Sequence record: MT612988.1
Length of the DNA stretch: 64,000 nucleotides
Reading direction: 5' to 3' (one strand)
The notes under the pieces were generated by a model. That model had not been told where the DNA came from. It ran no database searches and saw only the letters and a program-made list of their open reading frames with translations. Both the position numbers and the translations under genes were made by a program. Of this stretch, positions 51,609 to 60,350 are shown one piece after another (position 1 is the stretch's first letter; each line of letters begins with the position of its first letter).

Positions 51609-52529
51609 ATGAGCATAATTTTTGAACGCGCTACATTGAAAACTCGAAAAGGTAGTGCAGTAAAACGCAGCAAGTGGGGCGTGGGTAAAGACATTGGCGG
51701 TTCATTATATGTTCACATTGACTATATACCAGATGAGTTCAAGCAAATGGTTGCTGATGCTCGTACTCAAGTATCAATTGCAAACCCACAATTTACTCCG
51801 AATGTAGTACGAATTGACTACAAGAAAGGTGGAGTTGCCTTCTACGATTCAGTTGAATTTGATACTGTACAAGAACCAGCCGCGGGTATGATGATTACTT
51901 ACAGAGACGGTGTTGTTTCTAAACCACGTCAAGTAAACCAAATATGGCATCACAAATGGTTGTGGGTTGGTGATGATTATAGAGGGTTTGATACTTCTCA
52001 GTCATATGACCGCTCGGCTCAGTGGCTAGATCATGACGATATCCCATTTGCCAAGATCGGTAATAAGAAGACATGGCGTGAATGGTTATCTTCAGTTAAC
52101 TTGACTGAGGCATTTGACCGACCATCTAAAATACACTGGGTTGAGAAGAGAATTCACAGTTGGGGTGGTACGTTCACGGTAAACGGGGACGAATACGCGA
52201 TTGCAATACAGTATCAAGAACAAAACGATGCATGGGAACTTGTGTTCTTAGGTATGAACAGTTCGGGTGATTATACTTACAGCGCAACAGGTCGAGGCAA
52301 TATGTATGGTGTGTTTGCGACAGTAATGAGCGGTATGCGTGAATTTATAGACGAGCGAGAGCCAGAAACAATTTATTTCAGTGCAGAGCGAGATATAAAA
52401 AACGACAGTGATTCGAGAATAAAACTATACAATCGTTTAGTAAAACGATATGCTGATACATTACCGAATTACACATATAAAACGGTCGAAGGGAAAGTCT
52501 CGACTAAAACATATTTCATTAGAAAATAA
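51609..52529 (+). CDS. Two-domain late protein: PT-associated-MTase-like domain plus AFDRP domain
   Basis: VGKDIGGSLYVH...IWHHK...IGNKKTW; internal LTE167|AFDRP. Confidence 0.75.
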   Translation: MSIIFERATLKTRKGSAVKRSKWGVGKDIGGSLYVHIDYIPDEFKQMVADARTQVSIANPQFTPNVVRIDYKKGGVAFYDSVEFDTVQEPAAGMMITYRDGVVSKPRQVNQIWHHKWLWVGDDYRGFDTSQSYDRSAQWLDHDDIPFAKIGNKKTWREWLSSVNLTEAFDRPSKIHWVEKRIHSWGGTFTVNGDEYAIAIQYQEQNDAWELVFLGMNSSGDYTYSATGRGNMYGVFATVMSGMREFIDEREPETIYFSAERDIKNDSDSRIKLYNRLVKRYADTLPNYTYKTVEGKVSTKTYFIRK

Positions 52530-52536
52530 GAGAGCA

Positions 52537-52591
52537 ATGAAAACATTTCAAGATTTTCATGAATTCAGCAGATTTCGTACCTGCTTGATAA
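52537..52591 (+). pseudogene. CTS-like stub MKTFQDFHE; possibly a frameshifted 16-aa micro-ORF
   Basis: AAGAGAG RBS; the +1 frame ends TGA TAA just before the terminator, while frame 0 reads through the terminator. Confidence 0.4.
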
Positions 52592-52593
52592 TT

Positions 52594-52619
52594 AAAAAGC
52601 GCATTTTTGCGCTTTTTTT
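52594..52619 (+). terminator. Terminator
   Basis: aaaaagcgca-tttt-tgcgcttttttt. Confidence 0.85.
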
Positions 52620-52630
52620 GTATCTATTGG

Positions 52631-52659
52631 TTGACGACAACACCAAAAAGCCGTAATAT
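52631..52659 (+). promoter_or_regulatory. Early promoter TTGACG-17-TAATAT
   Basis: GGTTGACG, 17-nt spacer; AAGAGAGAACATTATG leader. Confidence 0.8.
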
Positions 52660-52701
52660 CTCTATCAACGAAACGAATCGTCCATTACAAGAGAGAACAT
52701 T

Positions 52702-53886
52702 ATGACTTCACTAAACAAATTCGAAAACACTTACACAATCAAATCAATCTACATGAGCGAGTTTGAAGCGCGTATTGCATCTACTAACAAGATTGCAAAA
52801 CGTCTCGGTGTTGCTGAAATTACATTTGAGTTCGGTGAAGTGTACTCAAAAGTCATTATTATCAATCACCAAAAGCATCGTGAATACTACGTTGATGTTA
52901 CTATTCGCGGTGAATACCCGTCAACTAAAGGTTGGTCTTTCTTGACTCAACTTGACCACGCGACAAATCTTATTCGTTCAAACAACGAAACAAATCACCG
53001 TCATCTTCTAGGCGACACAACATGCGATCACTGTAACTCTAATCGTCAACGCAATGTAACTTACGTCATTCAGAATGAAGAGACTAAAGAAGAAATGCGC
53101 GTCGGTGGTTCATGCTTGAAATACTACTTGCCGACTAAATCTATCGACTCACTAGCGACGTTCTACACTGCAATCGCTGATTTCGGTGATGAAGAGTCTT
53201 GGGGTGGTGGTTCTCGTAAAATTTCATATAACGCGCTTCAGATTCTTGCTTGGGCTGCTATGTATGTTGAACACAAAGGTTGTTATCACGGTGGCGGTGT
53301 GACTCGTCAATGGGTTCTTGACATGATTAATGCAGGTACACCTGCACTTCGTACCGAACGCGATGCAATGTTAGATGAATATGATTACGACAATTGTGAA
53401 GAGCAAGCAAAAGAGATTTTAGAATGGGTTGCAACTCAAGAAGCGACTAACGATTTCATGCATAACGTCATCGCGTCTTGTTCTGCACCATTCATCGAGT
53501 ACAAACAAACTGGTTACATTGCAGCGGCTATCTTAGCTTTCAACAAAGCAAAAGAGCGCGAGATTCTAGCTAAACGCGAAGCTGAACGTAAAGCAGATTT
53601 GCCAGAATCTGAGTACGTCGGTACTATCAAAAAACGCGAGAACTTTAATGTCACTCTTGAAGCGGTTATCGTTTCTGAAGGCTACTACGGTGACACGTTC
53701 ATTCACAAGTTTCGCGATGAACAAAACAATCTAATCGTGTGGTTTGGTTCAAAGCGTCTACGTGATAACGACGGCGAAGCGATTGAGAAAGGCGTTTCAG
53801 TAACTGTAAAAGCGACTGTAAAAGCGCACGAAGAGTTTCGCGACGAAAAACAGACAATCGTACAGCGTGTAGCGTTCGTCGCTTAG
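52702..53886 (+). CDS. Early protein with Cys motif (CDHC...SCL) and C-terminal OB-fold-like domain
   Basis: CDHCNSNRQRN; YVGTIKKR...YGDTFIHKF...VKATVKAH..FRDEKQT. Confidence 0.6.
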   Translation: MTSLNKFENTYTIKSIYMSEFEARIASTNKIAKRLGVAEITFEFGEVYSKVIIINHQKHREYYVDVTIRGEYPSTKGWSFLTQLDHATNLIRSNNETNHRHLLGDTTCDHCNSNRQRNVTYVIQNEETKEEMRVGGSCLKYYLPTKSIDSLATFYTAIADFGDEESWGGGSRKISYNALQILAWAAMYVEHKGCYHGGGVTRQWVLDMINAGTPALRTERDAMLDEYDYDNCEEQAKEILEWVATQEATNDFMHNVIASCSAPFIEYKQTGYIAAAILAFNKAKEREILAKREAERKADLPESEYVGTIKKRENFNVTLEAVIVSEGYYGDTFIHKFRDEQNNLIVWFGSKRLRDNDGEAIEKGVSVTVKATVKAHEEFRDEKQTIVQRVAFVA

Positions 53887-53915
53887 AAACGCATACAGCT
53901 CGATTTAGAGACAAT

Positions 53916-53942
53916 AAAAAGCCCGCACTGAGCGGGCTTTTT
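53916..53942. terminator. Bidirectional terminator
   Basis: aaaaa-gcccgc-actga-gcgggc-ttttt between convergent genes. Confidence 0.9.
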
Positions 53943-53943
53943 A

Positions 53944-54279
53944 TTATTCAGCAGGTGTAATAACAGTCCAAGCGATTCGGAAGAATCGGCTATTGGTATG
54001 TTCTCTGCAAAGTGTAGTTGTTGAATCAACCGCGCCTGCAAGAATGTCAACGCATTCTTGAGAAAGACCAGTAATTGAACTCAACGGACTAGCAGTTTCA
54101 ATCGCAGCTTTAAGCTCTTCATAAGTTTGCTTGTCTACGATAATGTAAGATTCGCCTGAGTGATTAAGCACAGACGTTGTTACATCATCGTACCCACTTT
54201 TCGCAGCGTCTGCCGCTGCTACAGTCGCATCATCAAGTTCGACTGCAAGGTTCATATCAGTATAGATTGGTGTTGTCAT
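53944..54279 (-). CDS. Hypothetical late protein
   Basis: 111-aa ORF after inh. Confidence 0.7.
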   Translation of the reverse strand: MTTPIYTDMNLAVELDDATVAAADAAKSGYDDVTTSVLNHSGESYIIVDKQTYEELKAAIETASPLSSITGLSQECVDILAGAVDSTTTLCREHTNSRFFRIAWTVITPAE

Positions 54280-54287
54280 TTCAGTTC

Positions 54288-54782
54288 CTATTTAATTGTG
54301 ATGAATTGACTGTTGCGAGTTTCACGCACTAGCACCTTGCCGTCTTTATCGACATAATGCAAGATTGATTTAACTACGCGAAGATCTGATGCAAGTACAT
54401 CATCAAGCGAACCATCCCCTGCGATAATAGCTTTCGCAGATTTAACCGCGCTATCAGAAGCAGTCATGAAAAATTCACGACCACGACGGAATGGCAATGG
54501 CATAGGTTCGAATGAATCATCTTTTGGTAATTCAACTACCACTTCTTTCGTCTCGACTGGTTTAGTCTCAACAATCGGATCAGGTTTATCTTCAGTTTCC
54601 ACTAGAAGTTCTTCCCACGGTAATTGTTTAAGAGGCGTTTTAGTCTCAGCTTCTTCGACAAGCTTCTTAGCCATTGCGCCTTTTGATTTACGACGATCAA
54701 GTTCGACGCCGTAATATTCTTTTGCAAACTCATCAAGTTCAGCTTTCGTTAATGACTCTGCATGTGTTTTCAATTGACTCAT
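54288..54782 (-). CDS. inh: Inhibitor of prohead protease Inh
   Basis: C-terminal ILHYVDKDGKVLVRETRNSQFITIK resembles T4 Inh; AATAAATA upstream at 54813-54820. Confidence 0.82.
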   Translation of the reverse strand: MSQLKTHAESLTKAELDEFAKEYYGVELDRRKSKGAMAKKLVEEAETKTPLKQLPWEELLVETEDKPDPIVETKPVETKEVVVELPKDDSFEPMPLPFRRGREFFMTASDSAVKSAKAIIAGDGSLDDVLASDLRVVKSILHYVDKDGKVLVRETRNSQFITIK

Positions 54783-54818
54783 TGTGAATCTCCAATTTAT
54801 TTCATTCAGTTATATTTA

Positions 54819-56273
54819 TTACGGGATGCGCAACGTTGCGTCTGTGACGATGACCCCTGCACTACTAGTTCTATTCTCGACGAATATTTCTATGTAGTCG
54901 CCTTCAGAAATATCCAATTGCCATGATATAGACAAGTTTGACGGATCCCCGTTATCAACCGTAGTAGTTTTAGCACTAGCGACAATCGGTACACCATTCT
55001 TGGCAAGATAACAGCGTATATTAATACCGTTACCGGTAGCAGGCTCAACACTTATTGAAGCATCTACGCTAGTCGAAATCGTTCTGATGATCTGAGAAGT
55101 CAATCTCCCCGCCGTGGATGGCTCGAAGTGCGATGTTTCTTGTATATCCCACACACCCGCTGCTAATGTTGGTGTGTTAATAGCGCCCACCACCGTGGGA
55201 GTTGTGTTATCGGTAAGTGATAGTAAGCCACCATGTACTGTGTTACCGATTAGTGTGTTACCGATACTTTCAAATTTGTAATCGCGAGGTGTCAAACTTC
55301 CCGGTGCAAATATCGTACCATTCAATGCACCGCGTAACGTACAGTTACGAACGTTGATTGTATCAATAGTATCTTGAATATTCGGATCGAAATTAAAGAT
55401 CGTCTCGTTTGTACCTAGTGAGCACGTAACTGTATCTATGTTAATTGAACCAGTTGACGATGTACCCTGTACAGTGAAATAAGTACAACCTGCTTGGTTA
55501 TTACCAAACACAAAGAACGTATTAACTTCGAAAAAGCCAGGGTCATGAACAATCAATCCCTGATTGAAGTTTCTAAATGTACCGTTATTGAACACGATAG
55601 TCGAAAGACCACCACAATAAACCTCACCTAGACTTGCACAGTTGTTGAATCGGTCTGCATATCTCGACTGAAACGAGAACCCACCTGCACCTGAAATCAA
55701 ATTGAACATATCAGCATTCGGCGCATTAAACTCAGTCTGACCAGCAATTTCAATGTTTCCTTGAGCGCCTAGATCGTGGAACATTGCATCTGTCCCTGTG
55801 TAAGTTAGCACTGAACGATTGACTGCTTTGATTGTCGCGCTGATGCCCGGTCCCGGGAACCCTAGAGCATTCGATATATCAACGTCACCATCAATTACAT
55901 ACTCTTTCCCTTCGAGTTTATGGGTAAGAACCCCGTTGATTAGCTGAGGTGAAGGTAAATCGGCTTCACTTCGAACGTAAACAACATTTAGCGGGTCGTT
56001 GTAATAAAGCTCTTCAAGTGCATCATGAACGTTAATTGAATCTAATAGCGTAGATGTCAATGTAATGTCATTTGCTGTATATGTCGGGTACGTTGGTAAA
56101 ACCCATTGAAAGTCTTTTCTTACGTATTCTTGCCCGTCGGCAGGTGCTTCAAGTACACCATCTGAGAGAGCGATTAACTCCCATGTGGCATTTCGTCTAC
56201 CGTATAGCTGACCGTCATTTGGTGATTCAGGTACAGCAGAATAGCCGAAGCCAGGTATATTAATACTTGACAT
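54819..56273 (-). CDS. Putative virion surface/adhesin-like protein in the hoc position
   Basis: Two E.P.DG..Y.R....W repeats; beta-rich body; late operon. Confidence 0.55.
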   Translation of the reverse strand: MSSINIPGFGYSAVPESPNDGQLYGRRNATWELIALSDGVLEAPADGQEYVRKDFQWVLPTYPTYTANDITLTSTLLDSINVHDALEELYYNDPLNVVYVRSEADLPSPQLINGVLTHKLEGKEYVIDGDVDISNALGFPGPGISATIKAVNRSVLTYTGTDAMFHDLGAQGNIEIAGQTEFNAPNADMFNLISGAGGFSFQSRYADRFNNCASLGEVYCGGLSTIVFNNGTFRNFNQGLIVHDPGFFEVNTFFVFGNNQAGCTYFTVQGTSSTGSINIDTVTCSLGTNETIFNFDPNIQDTIDTINVRNCTLRGALNGTIFAPGSLTPRDYKFESIGNTLIGNTVHGGLLSLTDNTTPTVVGAINTPTLAAGVWDIQETSHFEPSTAGRLTSQIIRTISTSVDASISVEPATGNGINIRCYLAKNGVPIVASAKTTTVDNGDPSNLSISWQLDISEGDYIEIFVENRTSSAGVIVTDATLRIP

Positions 56274-56282
56274 AGTATTCCC

Positions 56283-56624
56283 TTAATAAATTAGTGTTAT
56301 TTTACCTGCACCTCGCAGCCATACGCGCAAGTTGCTGTTAAACATTCTCCCCTGAGCCTCGAAATGTCCCTGAGAGCCGATTAGATGAAAATCGGTATCT
56401 TCTGGTATCGGGTCTCGCTCGCCCTCAGTTTCGTTATAAAACCCTCCAAAGGCAATCTCAACTGCGATTTGTTCTTCACTATTCAGAACTGCAAAATAGT
56501 TACTATCAGACCCACATGGGCTACTAGGCAAATCGATGTAAATCGCACCTTTATAATCAGGCAAATTAATCCCGTGACTACGACGGCTACGATATTTTTG
56601 AATCTCGTATTTTGTATATTCCAT
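56283..56624 (-). CDS. Hypothetical late protein
   Basis: ACTAAATA at 56655-56662. Confidence 0.7.
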   Translation of the reverse strand: MEYTKYEIQKYRSRRSHGINLPDYKGAIYIDLPSSPCGSDSNYFAVLNSEEQIAVEIAFGGFYNETEGERDPIPEDTDFHLIGSQGHFEAQGRMFNSNLRVWLRGAGKITLIY

Positions 56625-56643
56625 GATCTTCCCATAAATCTGG

Positions 56644-56672
56644 TTGACTTATATTATTTAGTCTTGTACAGT
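56644..56672. promoter_or_regulatory. Overlapping divergent promoters: early TTGACT-17-TACAGT (+) and late ACTAAATA (-, 56655-56662)
   Basis: Motifs lie in the 71-bp intergenic region. Confidence 0.55.
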
Positions 56673-56695
56673 ATAGGTTCACTAAGGAGAATAAA

Positions 56696-57793
56696 ATGAA
56701 AGCGAAAATGAACTTAATGCGAAAATACATTGTCGGTGGCGCAGTACGCGACTCTATACTGAAACACGTAGAGGGCTGGTCTAGATTCCCGAAAGATATT
56801 GATTACGTCGTCACTGGTTGTACACACGAACAAATGATGGCTATGTACGGCGAACCTATCGGTGCTGATTTCCCTGTTTGGCTAGATCGAAACAACAATG
56901 AAGTCGCGCTTGCTCGTGTTGAACGTAGCACTGGTGACAAAACTACTGACTTCACTTTCACAACTGATGGGGTCACGTTAGAAGATGACTTATCACGTCG
57001 AGATCTGACTATCAACTCAATGGCTATACCTGACATGACGCCAAATAGTCTGTTTATGTTTGGTTCAACTGATGATGTCATCGACCCGTACGGCGGTCTA
57101 GATGACTTGAAGAACAAGATTCTCCGTCATACAACTGAAGCGTTTGCCGAAGACCCGTTGCGTGTTCTGCGCGTCGCTCGTTTCTATGCTCGATACTACA
57201 GCATGGGATTTACAGTCGCAGAAGAGACAGTTGAGCTATGCAAGAAAATGATCAACGACGGTATGCTTGAGAATCTGCCGAAAGAACGTGTTTGGCTTGA
57301 AACACAAAAAGCACTGTCAGAAAAAGACGCGCACATGTACTTTGCATTCTTAGGTCAAGTGGGATTCTGTGCTGCACCATCTGCACGCGAACTACTTGAG
57401 TTGAAGTACTACAACCGTATGCCATTTAAATGCGAAGACGTTCAGATGATTGCTAAGTGGGCATCGTTTGATCATCGTAATCGTTACACTCGTAAGTTCG
57501 GTGCGACTAAGCAGTATGACAAAGCATCTGAGTTGCTGATGTCACTTAACGTTGCAAATGTATTCGACGAGACTATTGTAATTGTATTGCGTAAGCTAGG
57601 TGCATATAAAGAAGGTCTTCCGTTTGAAGTTGCGCTATCACAAGTGAAAGATGTTGTGAAGCGTCAAATTATTACCGATTTGATTGAACTGACACGCAAT
57701 GTCAAAGTAGACGTTGAGCCGGGCCCTGAATATGGTGCAGCATTAGAAGACGCACGAATGACAATCGCATACGATTATTTGCATTGTCTATAA
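56696..57793 (+). CDS. cca: Class II tRNA nucleotidyltransferase (CCA-adding)
   Basis: VGGAVRD, DIDYVV, EDDLSRRDLTINSMA, DPYGGLDDL, EDPLRVLRVARF. Confidence 0.93.
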   Translation: MKAKMNLMRKYIVGGAVRDSILKHVEGWSRFPKDIDYVVTGCTHEQMMAMYGEPIGADFPVWLDRNNNEVALARVERSTGDKTTDFTFTTDGVTLEDDLSRRDLTINSMAIPDMTPNSLFMFGSTDDVIDPYGGLDDLKNKILRHTTEAFAEDPLRVLRVARFYARYYSMGFTVAEETVELCKKMINDGMLENLPKERVWLETQKALSEKDAHMYFAFLGQVGFCAAPSARELLELKYYNRMPFKCEDVQMIAKWASFDHRNRYTRKFGATKQYDKASELLMSLNVANVFDETIVIVLRKLGAYKEGLPFEVALSQVKDVVKRQIITDLIELTRNVKVDVEPGPEYGAALEDARMTIAYDYLHCL

Positions 57794-57797
57794 ACGC

Positions 57798-57824
57798 AAA
57801 AAGGGACTCCGAAGAGTCCCTTTT
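57798..57824. terminator. Bidirectional terminator (UUCG loop on the gp23 strand)
   Basis: aaaaa-gggactc-cgaa-gagtccc-tttt. Confidence 0.9.
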
Positions 57825-57849
57825 GTTGTCTGTTTCAATTAAGAGTCTA

Positions 57850-59394
57850 TTATAGACCCTTAACGAATACACGACGGAAGTAAGCGTTTTTACCCATTGA
57901 AGCTGCAACAGGCGCGCCGTTACCAACTTTTTCAGCAGCCTTAGTAGGATCTGCGAATGGGTTAACTTGAATACCGTAACGAGTTTTGAAACCAATTACA
58001 GGTTGGAAGTTCTTGCTGTCTGAACCACGTAGTGGAGTCAGCGGTACGTATGGTGAGTAGAACACACCCGCGTCCATTTCAGTAGAACCTTTGAAACCAA
58101 CTGTGAAGTAATCGTTCACTGCGTATTGGTCGATGAACACTTTGAAGCGACCACCTAGAACACCCGCGAACACAGTTTGGTTTGTGTCAGTGTTCATTGA
58201 ACCGTCTTGCATACCTTGTGCAGCAGGGCCAACAAGAGTATCAGTCATTGATAGTGCAGAAACTACGTTGCGTGATGCAATGATGAAGTTACCGTTACCA
58301 CGACCAGTTTGACGACCGATTTCGTTCGCTTCTTTCTCAATTTGAATTAGTAGAGCTTTGTAAGCTTCACCAGCCCAACGAGCACCTTTAACGTCTACAG
58401 CGTCTGCGAAGTCGAATACACCCGCTGCGCCTTGACCTTGAGTCCAACCAGACTTACCGATTTGCGCTTGAGAGTTAACTAGGTTAACGATTTCGCGGTT
58501 AAGCTCAACCATAACTTCGTTAGCAAGAATACCGCTAAGTTCAGCGTCAGCGTCTAGACCGTGTACAGCACGTAGATCTTGTGCAAGCTCGATTGAGTAT
58601 TGAGCTTTCAATTGACGTGATTTCGCTTCAACAACTTGTTTGTCGATGCGGAATGACATCTCGTTCCACTCGTTGTTGCTTGAACCGTTGAAGTTCTCTT
58701 GTAGTTCAGCCTGAGATGTTGCCATACCAGCGTCGATCTCAACTAGAAGACCACCTGCAACTGCGTCAGTGTATTCTGTAGCAGTCATTTCACCTGCAAC
58801 TGCTAGAGTAACAGCGCCAAGTGCTAGGAAGTAACGAGTGTCAACGTCGCCGCCAGAAGTAGTTACTTCAGCTTTGTACGGAGTACCGTCAGTTGCAGCA
58901 CCAGTAGTTGGGAAATCTGCAATTGTTGATGCAGCAGCTTGACCAGAGAACGAAGCGTCAGCTTGACGAGTCGGGTGGAAAGCTTCTTTACCAGTTAGCG
59001 GGTCTTTACCGTATACTGAGCGAAGTGTGAATACTTGGCTAGTTGGGCCAGTCATTGGCTGAACACCAGCGATATCGAATGCGATAAGCTGAGGAATAGC
59101 ACGACGAACCATACCCATTACAGTCGGACCGATGTTTGTTACTGCACCAGTAGTAACACCTTGAGCGATGTTAGACGGATCGTAACCATGGTCACCGTTA
59201 ACTACAGCTTCGTTTAGACCAGCATTGAATGCTTCGATTAACTGTGGGTCACGGTACATTGGATCGTTGTTGATGTCGCGATCTTGGTTTTCAAAGATTT
59301 TCGACATGATTTTTTGCTTAGTTGCAGTCGCAATCTCTGGCATTTCCGCACCGTCTGCTTCAAGCAATTCTTTCCATTTTTCAGTTAGGTTCAT
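57850..59394 (-). CDS. 23: Major capsid protein gp23
   Basis: LNE|AVVNGDHGY, VQPMTGPT, WNEMSFRIDK, YSIELAQDLRAVHG, YSPYVPL, GFKTRYG. Confidence 0.98.
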   Translation of the reverse strand: MNLTEKWKELLEADGAEMPEIATATKQKIMSKIFENQDRDINNDPMYRDPQLIEAFNAGLNEAVVNGDHGYDPSNIAQGVTTGAVTNIGPTVMGMVRRAIPQLIAFDIAGVQPMTGPTSQVFTLRSVYGKDPLTGKEAFHPTRQADASFSGQAAASTIADFPTTGAATDGTPYKAEVTTSGGDVDTRYFLALGAVTLAVAGEMTATEYTDAVAGGLLVEIDAGMATSQAELQENFNGSSNNEWNEMSFRIDKQVVEAKSRQLKAQYSIELAQDLRAVHGLDADAELSGILANEVMVELNREIVNLVNSQAQIGKSGWTQGQGAAGVFDFADAVDVKGARWAGEAYKALLIQIEKEANEIGRQTGRGNGNFIIASRNVVSALSMTDTLVGPAAQGMQDGSMNTDTNQTVFAGVLGGRFKVFIDQYAVNDYFTVGFKGSTEMDAGVFYSPYVPLTPLRGSDSKNFQPVIGFKTRYGIQVNPFADPTKAAEKVGNGAPVAASMGKNAYFRRVFVKGL

Positions 59395-59432
59395 TTGAAT
59401 GATTCCTTAATTTGTTCTAAAATTTATAGATG

Positions 59433-59440
59433 TATTTATA
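59433..59440 (-). promoter_or_regulatory. Late promoter TATAAATA (gp23)
   Basis: Exact consensus. Confidence 0.85.
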
Positions 59441-59464
59441 TAACGCTTTTTGACGTTTTATTGC

Positions 59465-60322
59465 TTATCGATTAGTACGAGCAGCTTTCAAGTATGCAGC
59501 CATAGATGGTACTGCGGATTCTTTCATATCTTTGTCGTCTTTCTTGTCAGCGTCGTCTTCACCGTCTTTTTTATCAGCCGGTTTTTTGTCGTCATCACTT
59601 GGCATATCTTCTTTTTCAGCAAGTTTGATGCCTGATGCGAACTTGATAACACTATTTAGATTGTCTTCAAAGTTCTCGTCGAAGCGAATTGATTCAGCTA
59701 GGTCAGAAACTTTCTCTTTTTGAGAGTCAGCCATACCAGCAGTCACGCGCTCGATGATGATATTTTTTTCTACGTAGTTAGCGTATTCTTTGTGTTGACG
59801 GTTCTCGATAACAACTGTATCTAGACGACCTTCAAGATCTTGAATGTTTTCTTCAAGAGCTTCGATCATATCGATCTTCTCGTCTGGGCAGTGAACGTTG
59901 TTCTCAATGAATACATTCTTCATGCCTTCCATCAACCCGTCGAACATTGAAACTTTTAGACCGTTTTCAACAGCTAGTTTGTTTTCAGTCATCCATGTTT
60001 CAACAACGTGGTCTAGATATGAATCTAGTTTATTCGACATTTGCTCTGCTAGATGTTCACCGTATTTTTCAGCGGCTTCATCAAGCTCTGCTTTGTGTTC
60101 GTTGATTACTGCTTCTGCCTTTTCAGCAGCTTCAGCGATATGTGCTTCAGCAAGCTCAACGGCTTTAGTTTTGATTACACTTTCGAAAACAGTGCTGAAC
60201 TTATTACGAACATCTTCGGAAAGTTCAACTGATTCAAAAATGCCATCCAAAGCAGTAGTGATTTTTGCATCGTCTTGCGATACAGCTTCAAGTAGTTGCT
60301 CTTTGATTTGCATCTTCTTCAA
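59465..60322 (-). CDS. 22: Prohead core scaffold gp22 (likely start ATG 60313)
   Basis: IFESVELS...FSTVFE; Glu-rich helical protein; 21-22-23 synteny. Confidence 0.92.
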   Translation of the reverse strand: MKKMQIKEQLLEAVSQDDAKITTALDGIFESVELSEDVRNKFSTVFESVIKTKAVELAEAHIAEAAEKAEAVINEHKAELDEAAEKYGEHLAEQMSNKLDSYLDHVVETWMTENKLAVENGLKVSMFDGLMEGMKNVFIENNVHCPDEKIDMIEALEENIQDLEGRLDTVVIENRQHKEYANYVEKNIIIERVTAGMADSQKEKVSDLAESIRFDENFEDNLNSVIKFASGIKLAEKEDMPSDDDKKPADKKDGEDDADKKDDKDMKESAVPSMAAYLKAARTNR

Positions 60323-60342
60323 TTCCTTAAATATGTTTTATA

Positions 60343-60350
60343 TATTTATA
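60343..60350 (-). promoter_or_regulatory. Late promoter TATAAATA (gp22)
   Basis: Exact consensus overlapping the gp21 stop. Confidence 0.8.
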
